45,427 nt of DNA from an uncultured Candidatus Saccharibacteria bacterium (GCA_964421995.1 CAYQYW010000007.1:1-45427); one strand, 5' to 3'. Counted from the first letter of the stretch, positions 26,083 through 37,209 are shown. Notes: generated from the letters alone by a model not told the origin. Translations and numbers: made by a program.

Positions 26083-28236
26083 CTACAATCCCTTTCCTGC
26101 TTGTATATTACTAATATACTTTTCTGCTTCTTCTTTAAGACTTGGGTCAAGTTCAACAACCTTTTGTATTTCCTTTATTGCATTTTGTCGTTGATTTAGT
26201 TGTAAGTATGCGGTAGCCAATGACAGTCTTGTCTGTACATCATTTGGATTTTTTTCTACTCGTATCTTCCATATTTCTAATACTTGATTTACTAACCGAT
26301 TCTCAACATACGCATTAAGTAGACGGTCGTCATCAATTGCAACCGTACCGTAACGTGGAATAAGTATTTCTTCTATCAATGCATATTTTTTTGTATATAC
26401 CGCACCAAGTGCGTAGAGAATCCGTGCATCGTCATATTCTGGCGCTGACTCAAATGCCGTCTTAAATATTTCCAACGCCTTATCGTTCTGCCCTATGTTT
26501 ATATAGTACTCTCCAATGGTAAATAGTATCTGTTGCTTCTTTGGAGAAAGCTCTAGTGCTCTATTTAGATAGGGGAATGCTTCTTCATAGAAACCATGCT
26601 TCATTAATGCCGAACCCATTAATATGTACAATCGTGCATCATTTAAATTTCTTCCAATTTCATCTTGCATTGAATTAGTTGCAAGAGTGAGAAATGCTTG
26701 TTTTGTTTCTATATCTAGCGCAGTTCTGCTAAGCGTCGTTGAAATCTGTAATAACTGTTCTCGTACCTCTTGTCGCCCTGTCACATCGTATGTCAGTGCC
26801 TTATTAAAGTACTCCAAGTTTTTAGTAACTCCCCCTTCTTGCGGAGAAATAGACTTGATTAATGTTCTTGTTGATTCAATTCCTCTAATAGTAAAGAAGT
26901 ACATACTAAATGCAGTTACTATAATTACGATCGGTACCACAATTATCTTTACTGTTTGATCGCTAAATATCTTTCCGGTTTCTTTATTTCCAACACCATG
27001 GAAGTTTACATACGCAAGAATGGTAAAGAAAAGTATGTAGCTTGTTAGATTATCGAATACGAGTAGGTTATGAAAGAAATACCCTGCCAGTAATCCAGTA
27101 ATAATACTTCTCTCAGCAACAGAAAACGCGTCTCTCTTCCGTATCCATAGATAGTAAAGGGTGGTAAAGAAAATGAGGAGGTATGAGAGTAGCCCTAAGA
27201 TTCCTCCAGCAATCAACCAATCGAAGATTATATTGTGCACCCGATCAAACCACTGCTCCTGTGCGTACATTGAAGCATCATAATACTTGTTAAAAACATA
27301 ATTAAAGTTTTCCTGTCCCCATCCAAGCAGTGGCTTTTCTTTAAATCCTTGATATGCCATATTCCATATCTGGAATCGTGCACTTCCCTCCTCAAGAGAA
27401 ATATCAGCAAAGCGTCCAAGGAAATAGTTATCTTGTATAAAATTACTATCTTTTATAGCAATAAATCCTCCAATTAAAATAATGAGCCCTGCAAAGAATC
27501 CAAGCGCCACTTTTTTGAACGTTTTATTCTGTCCGAACAATACAATAAGTGCTGAGGTAACAAATATACCTCCTAAGAATCCAAGAATAGTTCCTCGTGT
27601 TCCAGTAAAGAATAGAATTATCGTCTGTAATAGTATTATTCCAGAATATAGAGGAATGTGCTTCTTCCACTTCACCATAATCAACGCCGTAATAAATACA
27701 TGGAATAACATGTAAACTGCTAAATAGGTAGCATTCCCAAACGTTGCATCTAATCTTGTTCCCCCTTGATTTATAGTCAAAACACCAGCAAGTTGTAATA
27801 TGCCAAACACACTTATCACCACACTTACCCCAACTGAAGTCTGTAGAAACCTTTTCCAAAGATTTTCTGTTCTAATAACTGTTGTAGCAACAACAAAGTA
27901 CATAAGGAGATGAATCAGCGTTAAGAGGCCATCCATACGCTCAAAATTACTCCAGAAGCTCCTAAATGGATTCTCTCCAAATAGATCTGCAACAGCAATT
28001 ATTGAAACAAAAACAACTATTGAGGTAAGCAGTAAAGAGAATTTTGGTCTGTATTTAGCGTCCCAGAAGGCTAAAATAGCCCAAGAAGCAAATAGTAGCT
28101 CTACAATTATTCTAAATGCGAAGTTTTTTCCCGTAATAAATGGAAAAAAGAAGCCTATTGTTACAATAAGTGGGATAAACGGTATTAGAAACACTCCAAA
28201 TTTCACTATTGTTTCTAATATTTTTTTCAAATTCAT
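26083..28236 (-). CDS. O-antigen ligase/oligosaccharyltransferase (Wzy_C) family membrane protein with C-terminal TPRs
   Basis: Multi-TM; RLDATFGNATYLA, TGTRG, RFQIW..EKPLLGWGQENF, FDRVHNIIFDWL; TPR-like helices at the C-terminus. Likely start 28236 (or 28254); the track start 28386 overlaps the divergent flippase. Confidence 0.9.
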   Translation of the reverse strand: MNLKKILETIVKFGVFLIPFIPLIVTIGFFFPFITGKNFAFRIIVELLFASWAILAFWDAKYRPKFSLLLTSIVVFVSIIAVADLFGENPFRSFWSNFERMDGLLTLIHLLMYFVVATTVIRTENLWKRFLQTSVGVSVVISVFGILQLAGVLTINQGGTRLDATFGNATYLAVYMLFHVFITALIMVKWKKHIPLYSGIILLQTIILFFTGTRGTILGFLGGIFVTSALIVLFGQNKTFKKVALGFFAGLIILIGGFIAIKDSNFIQDNYFLGRFADISLEEGSARFQIWNMAYQGFKEKPLLGWGQENFNYVFNKYYDASMYAQEQWFDRVHNIIFDWLIAGGILGLLSYLLIFFTTLYYLWIRKRDAFSVAERSIITGLLAGYFFHNLLVFDNLTSYILFFTILAYVNFHGVGNKETGKIFSDQTVKIIVVPIVIIVTAFSMYFFTIRGIESTRTLIKSISPQEGGVTKNLEYFNKALTYDVTGRQEVREQLLQISTTLSRTALDIETKQAFLTLATNSMQDEIGRNLNDARLYILMGSALMKHGFYEEAFPYLNRALELSPKKQQILFTIGEYYINIGQNDKALEIFKTAFESAPEYDDARILYALGAVYTKKYALIEEILIPRYGTVAIDDDRLLNAYVENRLVNQVLEIWKIRVEKNPNDVQTRLSLATAYLQLNQRQNAIKEIQKVVELDPSLKEEAEKYISNIQAGKGL

Positions 28237-28284
28237 TGTTTTTAACTCTATCATAAATAAAGTAAATTTAGTAATATTCTTTCT

Positions 28285-29532
28285 ATGAAAGCAAAACTGT
28301 ATAAATTCCTTAGATGGAGTGAGAAATATACCAAAACTGATATGATTTATCTTTTTGAGAGTGGTTTTTGGCTTACGTTTGGCCAAATAATAACGATGAT
28401 ATTTGGGCTCGCACTAGCAATTGGTTTTGCAAATCTCGTATCAAAAGAAGTATACGGAAATTACAAATTTATTCTCGCACTAGCTGGTATTTTGAGCATA
28501 TTTACACTCAGCGGTATAGGAACAGCAATAACTCAAGCAGTTGCTCGAGGTTTTGAGGGGACACTCAAAGTAGGTTTTTCATCTTTACTCAAATGGAGTT
28601 TTCTTATAACAACGGTATCGCTAAGTATTTCTTTATATTACTTTATCAATAATAACAACACTCTTGCCCTTTCTCTACTTATCATTGGTATTTTTTCCCC
28701 ACTCTTAAAAAGTACATCCTTGTATGGATCATTTCTAGAAGGTAAAAAAGATTTCAAAACAAATGCTCTTTATGGCGTATTAAGAAATACAATTCCCATT
28801 GTTGCAACATTTATAACCATATTATTTACACAAAATATTGTCATCATAATATTTGTATATTTTTTTTCAAATACTGCTATAAGCAGTATTTTATATATAC
28901 GAACACTTACAAAATATAAACTTACAAAAAAAATTGATTTTAGGTTTCTCTCCTACGGAAAACATTTAAGTTTGATAAATATCATCGCAATAATTGGTTT
29001 TCATATAGACAAAATTTTAATTTTTCATTATCTGGGAGCAATTGAACTTGCTGTTTATGGGTTTGCTCTTTTAATACCGACTCAAATCAATGGATTATTA
29101 AAAAATATTTCTGTATTGGCTCTCCCAAAATTTTCAGAACAACATAAATTTTTATTAAAAAATGCCTTGTTTAATAAAACAGTAAAATTATTTTCTGCAT
29201 CACTCTTTATTACAATAATATACATAATAGCAGCACCAATTATTTTTAAGCTTCTTCTTCCTCAATATCTTGATTCAATTCTTTACTCTCAAATATTTTC
29301 GATAAACATTTTACTCACTGGATCAATCCTTGTTGGTACCACTTTCCTTCGGTCACAAAAATTGGTAAAGGAAAATTATATAACAAGTGTTATTCCTAAT
29401 GTAGTTAGAATCATACTTATGCTTCTTCTTATTTTACCATATGGTATATTTGGTATTATTGCATCAATACTTATTTCTCGACTTATAGCTGTACTGTTAG
29501 CTTTTTTCTTTATACGTAACCATAATTCGTAA
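28285..29532 (+). CDS. Oligosaccharide flippase (Wzx/MOP family)
   Basis: About 12 hydrophobic segments; ANLVSKEVYGNY; IDKILIFHYLGAIELAVYGFA. Confidence 0.88.
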   Translation: MKAKLYKFLRWSEKYTKTDMIYLFESGFWLTFGQIITMIFGLALAIGFANLVSKEVYGNYKFILALAGILSIFTLSGIGTAITQAVARGFEGTLKVGFSSLLKWSFLITTVSLSISLYYFINNNNTLALSLLIIGIFSPLLKSTSLYGSFLEGKKDFKTNALYGVLRNTIPIVATFITILFTQNIVIIIFVYFFSNTAISSILYIRTLTKYKLTKKIDFRFLSYGKHLSLINIIAIIGFHIDKILIFHYLGAIELAVYGFALLIPTQINGLLKNISVLALPKFSEQHKFLLKNALFNKTVKLFSASLFITIIYIIAAPIIFKLLLPQYLDSILYSQIFSINILLTGSILVGTTFLRSQKLVKENYITSVIPNVVRIILMLLLILPYGIFGIIASILISRLIAVLLAFFFIRNHNS

Positions 29533-29564
29533 AACTCACTAATAGCAATTCTCTCAACTAAATA

Positions 29565-30287
29565 TTATTTGATAAGTATAAGTTGACCAGAAGACAACCT
29601 TAATACCTTAGCATTGTTTTTTCTACAAAATTTATCTACTGCTTTTTTTGTACCAGGCCAAGAAATACTTCCATAATCATCACACACTATGACACCCCCA
29701 CTAATTAAGCGTGGATAAAAATACTCAAAAGACGCTATTGTTGGTTCTACTAAATCTACATCAATATGAACAAAACGATACTGTTGATTAGGAAGATCAG
29801 AAAAAACTTTTGGTATCCAACCTTCATGATATGAAATATCAGGAAATTCTTCTAATATGGAAACAACCGATTCTACACTAGAATTAAACATACCCTCGTA
29901 ACTTGCTGGCAAAGCGTCTCTATCACTTGGTGCACTTAATCCCTCAAAAGAATCAATGATATGATAACTTTTTCCTGTAAACGTAGGGTCCATAAATTTA
30001 AGTTTTTTACAAATTAAATATGAAGAGAGCCCCTTCCATATCCCACACTCTGCTACTTCCCCATCAATATCGTGGACAAGATCAAGTGCAGAGAAAAGAT
30101 TAAAAAAACGATCGTTCCTCCAAACACTTCTTTTTGTACCTGTTCTTACTAAACCTTCTTCAAGAAGATCATCAAACCAACCACCTCGATCAACAAGATA
30201 TTCATATGGGTGTCTTGTTCGAAGAAAAGCTGGATCTACCCTCTTCGTATACTAATCTAAAAAAATGGCAAAATTCCTTCTTATCAT
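29565..30287 (-). pseudogene. TylF/MycF/NovP-family O-methyltransferase interrupted by an in-frame TAG at codon 12
   Basis: From ATG 30287: MIRRNFAIFLD*YTKRV...DGEVAECGIWKGLSS...DSFEGL...FVHIDVDL...GGVIVCDDYG. TAG at 30252-30254; the track shows only the last 142 aa. Confidence 0.75.
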
Positions 30288-30393
30288 ATTAACAATATAT
30301 ATTATATCTAGATTCCATCAACTAAAACTCCTAAATTATTAATAACTACATTTATACAATAAGCATTGTATCAAATTTTCTAAAAATATCTCT

Positions 30394-31134
30394 CTAGTTT
30401 TTTTTCAGAAACACAACAAAGGCAGCTGAAAATAAAGATGGTAGGAGTTTATTAAGAATAGGAATACCTTTGTAGTAATGAAGTGTATAATCTGTATAAT
30501 TAAGCGCTTTCAACCACCATTTAAGATCTGCTGCAGTCCAAAACCGTAGATGTTCATTTGGAAACGTCACCCACTGTTTTGGAAACTTACCAAACAAAAG
30601 CCTTAGTCGATAAATAAAAAACCCTGAGTTAGGAAAAGAAAAGAAAACACCTTTTTCTGCTTTTATATATACTGCACTTAAAAGTTTTTCTGACCCTGGA
30701 ATATGTTCCAAAACTTCAAGTATAAGAAAATAATCCGCAGGTTGAATTTTTACTAAATCATTTTCATTGTTTAGATCGATTTCGATACCACGTATTCCAA
30801 TTTTTTCTGCCTTCTTTAAAACAAAATTAGAACTGTCGTAGCCAACCATTTCCTTTATATCTAACTTTTCGTTTAGATAGTTAAGAATTGAACCGTCCCC
30901 GCACCCTATATCACCCATCGAGATCAAGCCACTTTTATTTAATTCCTTCACAATAATATCAGCACGTGTTTTTTGCCAATCCGAAAGAACATTCACGTGG
31001 TCACCACGCTTTCCTTTCCAGTAGATATCATAATTAAGGCTATCATTAATTGAGATAGTATTCTTCGGATATAGAAATATATCTCTATGCCAGATCTTTA
31101 AAAAAAATAATTTACTCTTTATATACTTGAACAT
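30394..31134 (-). CDS. Class I SAM-dependent methyltransferase (MetW-like)
   Basis: DIGCGDG, EVLEHI, SFPN, NEHLRFWT. Confidence 0.88.
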   Translation of the reverse strand: MFKYIKSKLFFLKIWHRDIFLYPKNTISINDSLNYDIYWKGKRGDHVNVLSDWQKTRADIIVKELNKSGLISMGDIGCGDGSILNYLNEKLDIKEMVGYDSSNFVLKKAEKIGIRGIEIDLNNENDLVKIQPADYFLILEVLEHIPGSEKLLSAVYIKAEKGVFFSFPNSGFFIYRLRLLFGKFPKQWVTFPNEHLRFWTAADLKWWLKALNYTDYTLHYYKGIPILNKLLPSLFSAAFVVFLKKN

Positions 31135-31136
31135 AC

Positions 31137-32624
31137 TTACACTATTTTTTCCTTAATTAGGAAACTTTCTAATGTCTCATGAAGATATTTAGATTCTATT
31201 CCATAAAGTCTCTTTTTCCTTTTGTCTATTTCTGCATTTGGTATATCTACTATTTCATCTAACCTCTTACAAATAGCTCCTTTTGAGCTTAATCTATCGG
31301 CTAAACTATTGATAATCATCCCCTCTCCATAATCAGAAGATGTATCTAATATAACAACCCTTTTGTCATAAGCAATCATATCATAAAGAAAAGTTGAATA
31401 TACTCCAGCAACAATGTCCACCTTCTTGATACACTCTTTAATATCTGAAATTACTTCAAACCGCTCATTAAAAGTCTTTTCTAGCTCATACTCTTTAAGT
31501 TGGATTTCTTGAGATATGTCCGGTCTTAGCTTAAAGAATACGTGAACATTTGGGCAATCAAGCAGTTTATTGATATATTCCGCAACCTCACTTTTTGGAC
31601 ACGCAGTTTCATAAGGTATTAAAATGTTTATATTCTTATTTTTTACATTGTCACTTTGTCCTTTGTTTTCAAAATTAATTTTAACTTTCACACCACCTAT
31701 TATAATCTGACCAGGGTCAAATATACCTCCTAATCTTATTAATTCTTTCTTCCAGTAAGAACTCCACACTAAAATAAAATCTGGAGATGAAACATTGCCA
31801 ATAACCACAGAAGAGTCTACAAGCCACCCAACATGGTATTTCGTAAAATGCCCGTGTTGAAGTGCATATGTTGTAATACCACTCAATTTACAAGCAAGAA
31901 TTAGTTCATTGTAAGAACGTGCGTCATCTAGTGCAAATAAAACTTTAATTTTTGTAGATGTAAGAATTTTTGTTAACAGCTTAATAGAAAAAATTGATCT
32001 TTTGATTTTTCTTACATATTTTTCTATAATCAATCTCACAAACTTCTGTTCGTCTGTAGAAAAATCTGACATATCTAAATCATCAATAAATCTAGTATCA
32101 ACTTCTCTTTCTAATCGTAAAAATACAAGAATAGAAAACAGCCAATCAGAAACTTCTAAATAAAAAGATGATCGCCTTCTGTTTAAAAATCTGATTAATG
32201 TATCACGACTTAATATTGTATGAAATATTTCGGTATAATTAACCTTGTTGTTATACAAAACTTTATATAATTCTTCTATGCGAAAATCACTTTTGAAAGA
32301 GGAATTTGTTCTATCAACCGCATACACTAAGACTTCTTTTCTACTTATTACCGTAATTATATATTCTGCTATTGAAATTAAAAAAATTAAACCTCCTACA
32401 ACAATATCTTTTACAACACTAATAAATGATTGTGTTACGGATCGAGTAGTTTTTTGACCTTCATTAAACACCTTTATGTCCTCAAATATGTGCTGCTGGT
32501 ACATTTGCCATATATTGTAACCTTCATAAAAAAATGTGTTCATTAAGAGAATTTCTCCTTTTTTTAATCCATTTATTTTTTTTAATAACTCAAGAGAGTA
32601 TCTGTAATCAATTTCTTTTACCAT
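31137..32624 (-). CDS. Putative surface-carbohydrate transferase (GT-B-like), family uncertain
   Basis: TYALQHG, DFILVWS, FFKLRP and YSTFLYD resemble capsule/nonulosonate-associated transferases; context next to kpsF. Confidence 0.55.
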   Translation of the reverse strand: MVKEIDYRYSLELLKKINGLKKGEILLMNTFFYEGYNIWQMYQQHIFEDIKVFNEGQKTTRSVTQSFISVVKDIVVGGLIFLISIAEYIITVISRKEVLVYAVDRTNSSFKSDFRIEELYKVLYNNKVNYTEIFHTILSRDTLIRFLNRRRSSFYLEVSDWLFSILVFLRLEREVDTRFIDDLDMSDFSTDEQKFVRLIIEKYVRKIKRSIFSIKLLTKILTSTKIKVLFALDDARSYNELILACKLSGITTYALQHGHFTKYHVGWLVDSSVVIGNVSSPDFILVWSSYWKKELIRLGGIFDPGQIIIGGVKVKINFENKGQSDNVKNKNINILIPYETACPKSEVAEYINKLLDCPNVHVFFKLRPDISQEIQLKEYELEKTFNERFEVISDIKECIKKVDIVAGVYSTFLYDMIAYDKRVVILDTSSDYGEGMIINSLADRLSSKGAICKRLDEIVDIPNAEIDKRKKRLYGIESKYLHETLESFLIKEKIV

Positions 32625-32630
32625 ATATTA

Positions 32631-33599
32631 CTATACCGAATCCTCCAAAATATTATGTATATGTACTATTCCAGTAAATTTTTTATTCTCGTTAACAACA
32701 AATAAGTTTGTTATTTTAAAGCGCTCCATGGCAGACAAAGCATCTTTTAACGTATCATTTTCATTTATGTATTTTGGTTTACGAGTCATTATTTTTTTTA
32801 CCGGGAGAGTCTTTGGCGAATCATACTTTACTAAAATCCTTCTAATATCTCCATCAGTAACAACACCTACTAACTCTTTGTTTTTATTTATGACAGCAAC
32901 GATTCCAGAAGCAATTTTCGTTCCTTCATGAAGTACATCCACAAAAAGGTCATTCTCCTTCACACTTGCAATTTCTTTTCTCTTTGACATTACTTCTTTA
33001 ACCTTCTTCAAGGAAAGGCCGAGGCTCCCAGCCGGATGAAATTTCGCAAAATTTTTATCTTTAAATATTTCTGGCGATGTTAATGCTGAAGCAACAAGAT
33101 CCCCAACAACAAGCGAAGCAGTTGTACTTGCCATAGGAGCAAGACCGATAGGACATCCTTCATCATCAACAAACACTTTGATGTGATGATTACTTATTTT
33201 TGCAAGAGTTGATTTTGAATTACCTGTTATGGAAACAACACTTACCTTGAAAGACTTTTTAAGATATTTCACTAGCTTAATAAGCTCTGTGGTTCCTCCA
33301 GAAAAAGAAAGGGCAATTACTATGTCTCCATTTTCAACCATCCCGGAATCACCATGAAGTGCGTCCATAGGATTTAGAAAAAAAGCTCCATGTCCAAGGC
33401 TGGTTAACGTTGCAGCTATTTTCATCCCCACAAAACTAGATTTCCCAACACCGGTAACTATTATTTTCCCTTTTCGGTTTTGTAAGAGATCAATTGCATT
33501 AAAAAATTCTTTATCGAGTGATTTTTTAAGTAACTCAACAGCTTTTTGCTCTGCATGCAATGTGCTTAAAACTCTAGCTTTTATATCTTTTTTATTCAT
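32631..33599 (-). CDS. kpsF: KpsF/GutQ-family arabinose-5-phosphate isomerase (SIS + 2 CBS)
   Basis: VTGVGKS, KIAATLTSLG, DALHGDSG, EGCPIGLAPMAST, FAKFHPAGSLG, TDGDIRR. Confidence 0.92.
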   Translation of the reverse strand: MNKKDIKARVLSTLHAEQKAVELLKKSLDKEFFNAIDLLQNRKGKIIVTGVGKSSFVGMKIAATLTSLGHGAFFLNPMDALHGDSGMVENGDIVIALSFSGGTTELIKLVKYLKKSFKVSVVSITGNSKSTLAKISNHHIKVFVDDEGCPIGLAPMASTTASLVVGDLVASALTSPEIFKDKNFAKFHPAGSLGLSLKKVKEVMSKRKEIASVKENDLFVDVLHEGTKIASGIVAVINKNKELVGVVTDGDIRRILVKYDSPKTLPVKKIMTRKPKYINENDTLKDALSAMERFKITNLFVVNENKKFTGIVHIHNILEDSV

Positions 33600-33662
33600 G
33601 TATCTATGGAATCATGCTAGCACATTGAATCTTGGCAAACAATGAACTATTATTAGATAATT

Positions 33663-35459
33663 ATGTGTGGAATTAACGGTTTTGTGGGAGAAAATAATGA
33701 TCTTTTAAGTAAAATGAACAGAACTACCACGCATCGTGGTCCTGATTATAGTGGAATCTTTACTGACAAAAATATAAGCATCGGACACACACTACTCTCC
33801 ATACGAGATGCAACTGAAAAATCAAAGCAACCATTTACCAAAAAGAGTTCTCCTTGGATACTTGCGTATAATGGACAACTTTACAACACCAAACAATTGA
33901 AAGGCGCTCTTGGACCAAACTACCAAAATGAAGAATTAGACACTTCCCTATTGTTTGGAATGATTGAAAAGTATGGATGGAATTTTATAGAAAAAATACA
34001 CGGTATGTTCTCTATAGCTCTCTACAATAAAACGGAAGGAATAATTCGTTTGTACCGAGATCCTTCAGGTCAAAAACTTTTATATTATTATCTTAGAAAC
34101 GGAAACTTTATTTTTAGTTCAGAAATCAAAGCCATACTATCACATACTAATATAGACAAAGATGTGGATGAGGATGCGGTAATGATTGCTACGAGTCTTG
34201 GATGGATTCCTGGAGATAAAACTCTTTTTAAATACATAAAAAAAATTAACTTATCTCAAATAATTTCTTTTAATACATTAACCAAAGAATTTACTACAGA
34301 CTATTTTAAAAGTAATTCGGAAAACTATTATAAATTCACACAAAATGTGTTTCAAAACTTAGTAGAGGAGCATTTACAAAGTAAACAAAAAGTTGCAATT
34401 AATCTTAGCGGAGGTCTTGATTCATGCCTTCTATTACATGAGATGAAACAGCTCGATAATAATATACATACATATACAAACTATTTTGTCGATACTGATG
34501 AAAAATATAACACTGATGCAATTCTTGCACGCCAACTATCAAAAGATTACAGAACAGAACATAGAGAAATTCCCATAACAAAAGAAATATTTTTCAATAA
34601 TTTCATTGAAAGCTATAGTCTAATAGAAGAACCAAATTATAATATTAGCCTTCCAACATACCTTCATACTGCAAAAATTGAAGGCATAAATGGTGATAAA
34701 AATAGAGTTATATTATCAGGAGATGGTGGAGATGAAGTGTTCGGAGGATATCCATACTATCTTAAAAATAAAAAAATTGATTTATTACAAAACCTGCTGA
34801 CACCTTTTCTCTTTAATTATATTAAAAATAAGCGAAACGGCACAAATCTTTCATTTAATAATCCGTCCGATCGATGGCTCTTCTTTAGATATTTCTATAC
34901 AAAATATCTCCTTATTACAGAAAATGGGTTTCATGTAGATAAATATTTAAACCATGTAGCTAAATCTTTTTTTGATTTATACAAAATTAAAAAAGACTCT
35001 ATTTATGACACAATGTTACTTGATCGAACCATGTGGTTAGGTGGAGAAAATTTTATCAGATCAGATAAACTCTATATGAGTCAGTCATTGGAACTTAGAT
35101 CCCCTCTTTCTTTCCATCCATTTAGACAACACTTTGATAACATCCTATTAAACAAAGAATATATAAGCGAAGAAACAAATAAAATATTTCTACGTGATTA
35201 TTATTATAAAAAACTACCTGACTATATCGTGCAGCGAAAAGACAAAAGTGGATGGCGAGCACCAATTCAAACTTGGTATGACAAAAAATTTAAAAATCTG
35301 TTTTTAGAGATTATTACAGAAATTGAAAACAATAATACTCTAATTGATTGGAAAAATATAAAGAAACAAATAGAACAAACAGACAATTGGCCTGGTAAGT
35401 ATACACACCTCTATTTATCTCTTGCGATACTCTCAAAGCAATATAATTTGGATATTTAG
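33663..35459 (+). CDS. asnB: Asparagine synthase (glutamine-hydrolysing)-like amidotransferase, probably glycan-modifying
   Basis: MCGI N-terminus, HRGPD, LSGGLDS, LSGDGGDEVFGGY. Confidence 0.9.
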   Translation: MCGINGFVGENNDLLSKMNRTTTHRGPDYSGIFTDKNISIGHTLLSIRDATEKSKQPFTKKSSPWILAYNGQLYNTKQLKGALGPNYQNEELDTSLLFGMIEKYGWNFIEKIHGMFSIALYNKTEGIIRLYRDPSGQKLLYYYLRNGNFIFSSEIKAILSHTNIDKDVDEDAVMIATSLGWIPGDKTLFKYIKKINLSQIISFNTLTKEFTTDYFKSNSENYYKFTQNVFQNLVEEHLQSKQKVAINLSGGLDSCLLLHEMKQLDNNIHTYTNYFVDTDEKYNTDAILARQLSKDYRTEHREIPITKEIFFNNFIESYSLIEEPNYNISLPTYLHTAKIEGINGDKNRVILSGDGGDEVFGGYPYYLKNKKIDLLQNLLTPFLFNYIKNKRNGTNLSFNNPSDRWLFFRYFYTKYLLITENGFHVDKYLNHVAKSFFDLYKIKKDSIYDTMLLDRTMWLGGENFIRSDKLYMSQSLELRSPLSFHPFRQHFDNILLNKEYISEETNKIFLRDYYYKKLPDYIVQRKDKSGWRAPIQTWYDKKFKNLFLEIITEIENNNTLIDWKNIKKQIEQTDNWPGKYTHLYLSLAILSKQYNLDI

Positions 35460-35483
35460 CATATAACTAGTACAATATTTCTT

Positions 35484-36755
35484 ATGAAAACATCATCAGA
35501 GGAGCGTAAAACATGCCGAATATCAGGAGAACCATTGGTTAAACTCTTTACACTAGGCGATATTTATATATCAGATTTTATAAAAATGGACGCTGAGCCA
35601 CGACTACAGCAAGTGGAATTGAAAATGATGCTGGCACCAAAGTCAGGTCTTGTACAACTTGCACACACAGCACCATTTGATGAAATGTATGAAGAATACT
35701 GGTACAGGTCTGGGACAAATGCCACTATGACTAACGAGCTACGCGGCATCGCCGAAGACGTACAGAAACTAATAAAACCAAAGACGGGTGACACATGGAT
35801 TGATATAGGCTGTAATGACGGAACACTTCTTAGTTTTATCGATAAAGATTTAATTCGAGTTGGATTTGATCCTTCTAGAAATAGCTATACAGAGGAATCC
35901 GAGAAACATGCTTCCGTAATCATCAATGATTACTTCAATAATGAGGCCTATAAAAAATCAGAATACGGGAACAAGAAAGCAAAAGTAATCACATCTATCG
36001 CTATGTTTTACGACCTCGAAGATCCTCATAGGTTTGTAGATGATGTCTACAATACTTTAGATGATGATGGACTTTGGGTAATCCAAATGAGTTACTTGCC
36101 ACTAATGCTCAATCAGCTTGCATTTGATAATATTTGCCATGAACATCTTGAATATTATAGCCTTACTGCTTTAAAATATTTATTAGATAAACACGACTTC
36201 AAAATTGTTGATTGTAAGTTAAATGACATAAACGGAGGAAGTTTCAGAATCTATATACGAAAAAATGGAGCAAAAACTGAAATGTTTGGTACTGCTCCAT
36301 ATCGTGACGTTGCAGATTTCAGAGTACAATCCATACTTTCACACGAAAAAACATTGAAACTTGATGACCCGCAAACATATTTTGATTTCTATAATAGAGT
36401 ACTTGCCCTAAAAAAAGAAACTATGGAGTTTATAAAAGGCGAAATTAAAAAGGGTAAGAAGATTTGTGGGTACGGTGCTTCCACAAAAGGAAATACACTA
36501 TTACAATGGTTCGGTTTAACTGACAAACATGTACATTCTATTGCCGAACGATCACCAGCCAAGTTTAAACTAAAAACTGCCGGAACAAATATTCCAATTC
36601 TTTCAGAAAAAGATGTCCGAAAGAAGAATCCTGACTATTTCTTGGTGCTACCATGGCACTTTATTAATGAATTTATAGAACGAGAACAAGACTTTTTAGA
36701 GAGAGGTGGAAAATTCATAGTGCCCTGCCCTAAATTCAAAGTAATAGGAAAATAA
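35484..36755 (+). CDS. NDP-hexose C-methyltransferase family protein
   Basis: GLVQL, YWYRSG, DIGCNDG, FDNICHEHLEYYS, YGASTKGNT, PDYFLVLPWHF. Confidence 0.9.
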   Translation: MKTSSEERKTCRISGEPLVKLFTLGDIYISDFIKMDAEPRLQQVELKMMLAPKSGLVQLAHTAPFDEMYEEYWYRSGTNATMTNELRGIAEDVQKLIKPKTGDTWIDIGCNDGTLLSFIDKDLIRVGFDPSRNSYTEESEKHASVIINDYFNNEAYKKSEYGNKKAKVITSIAMFYDLEDPHRFVDDVYNTLDDDGLWVIQMSYLPLMLNQLAFDNICHEHLEYYSLTALKYLLDKHDFKIVDCKLNDINGGSFRIYIRKNGAKTEMFGTAPYRDVADFRVQSILSHEKTLKLDDPQTYFDFYNRVLALKKETMEFIKGEIKKGKKICGYGASTKGNTLLQWFGLTDKHVHSIAERSPAKFKLKTAGTNIPILSEKDVRKKNPDYFLVLPWHFINEFIEREQDFLERGGKFIVPCPKFKVIGK

Positions 36756-36764
36756 TTTTTCCTA

Positions 36765-37157
36765 TTACTTAAGGTTTTTGTAGGATTTTTCCTCAACAAA
36801 AGCAGAGTTGAGGAAAGTATTTATCTTTCTTTTTATTCCAAACCTAATATCGTTATTATTATGACTTTTTAGTGTTTCTTTAAGAAAGACGTCTGTATTG
36901 TCTTTATTTAATCTTAATAAACTTTCAGAATCCCATATCTCCTTGTTAATTTTTTTTAGTTCTTCCACTAATGAATTAAACTCTTGGTTGGCAGAAAAAT
37001 GTTTAGAATAAATACTTCTTAGAACATTTAATTCTTTTTTTACATTTACTAATTTTGTAGGGTCATTTATTTGCTCAGTTTTTATTTCAAGAATTGTAAT
37101 CTTATCAACCAGCTCAGCAGGAGATATATCAACTTTTATTGTGCTTATTCCTTTCAT
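36765..37157 (-). CDS. DUF6165-like helical protein
   Basis: ISPAELVDKITILEIK...LKKINKEIWDSE...NDIRFGIKRKIN...EEKSY. Confidence 0.75.
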   Translation of the reverse strand: MKGISTIKVDISPAELVDKITILEIKTEQINDPTKLVNVKKELNVLRSIYSKHFSANQEFNSLVEELKKINKEIWDSESLLRLNKDNTDVFLKETLKSHNNNDIRFGIKRKINTFLNSAFVEEKSYKNLK

Positions 37158-37209
37158 CTTCCAATGCTTATTTATTACCTAAATTTGCTATAGTATAACA
37201 GATAAGCTA

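Noticed and set aside
28237-28386. N-terminal extension of the ligase ORF
   Set aside because: It would overlap the divergent flippase by about 100 bp; a better start with a -10-like box exists at 28236.
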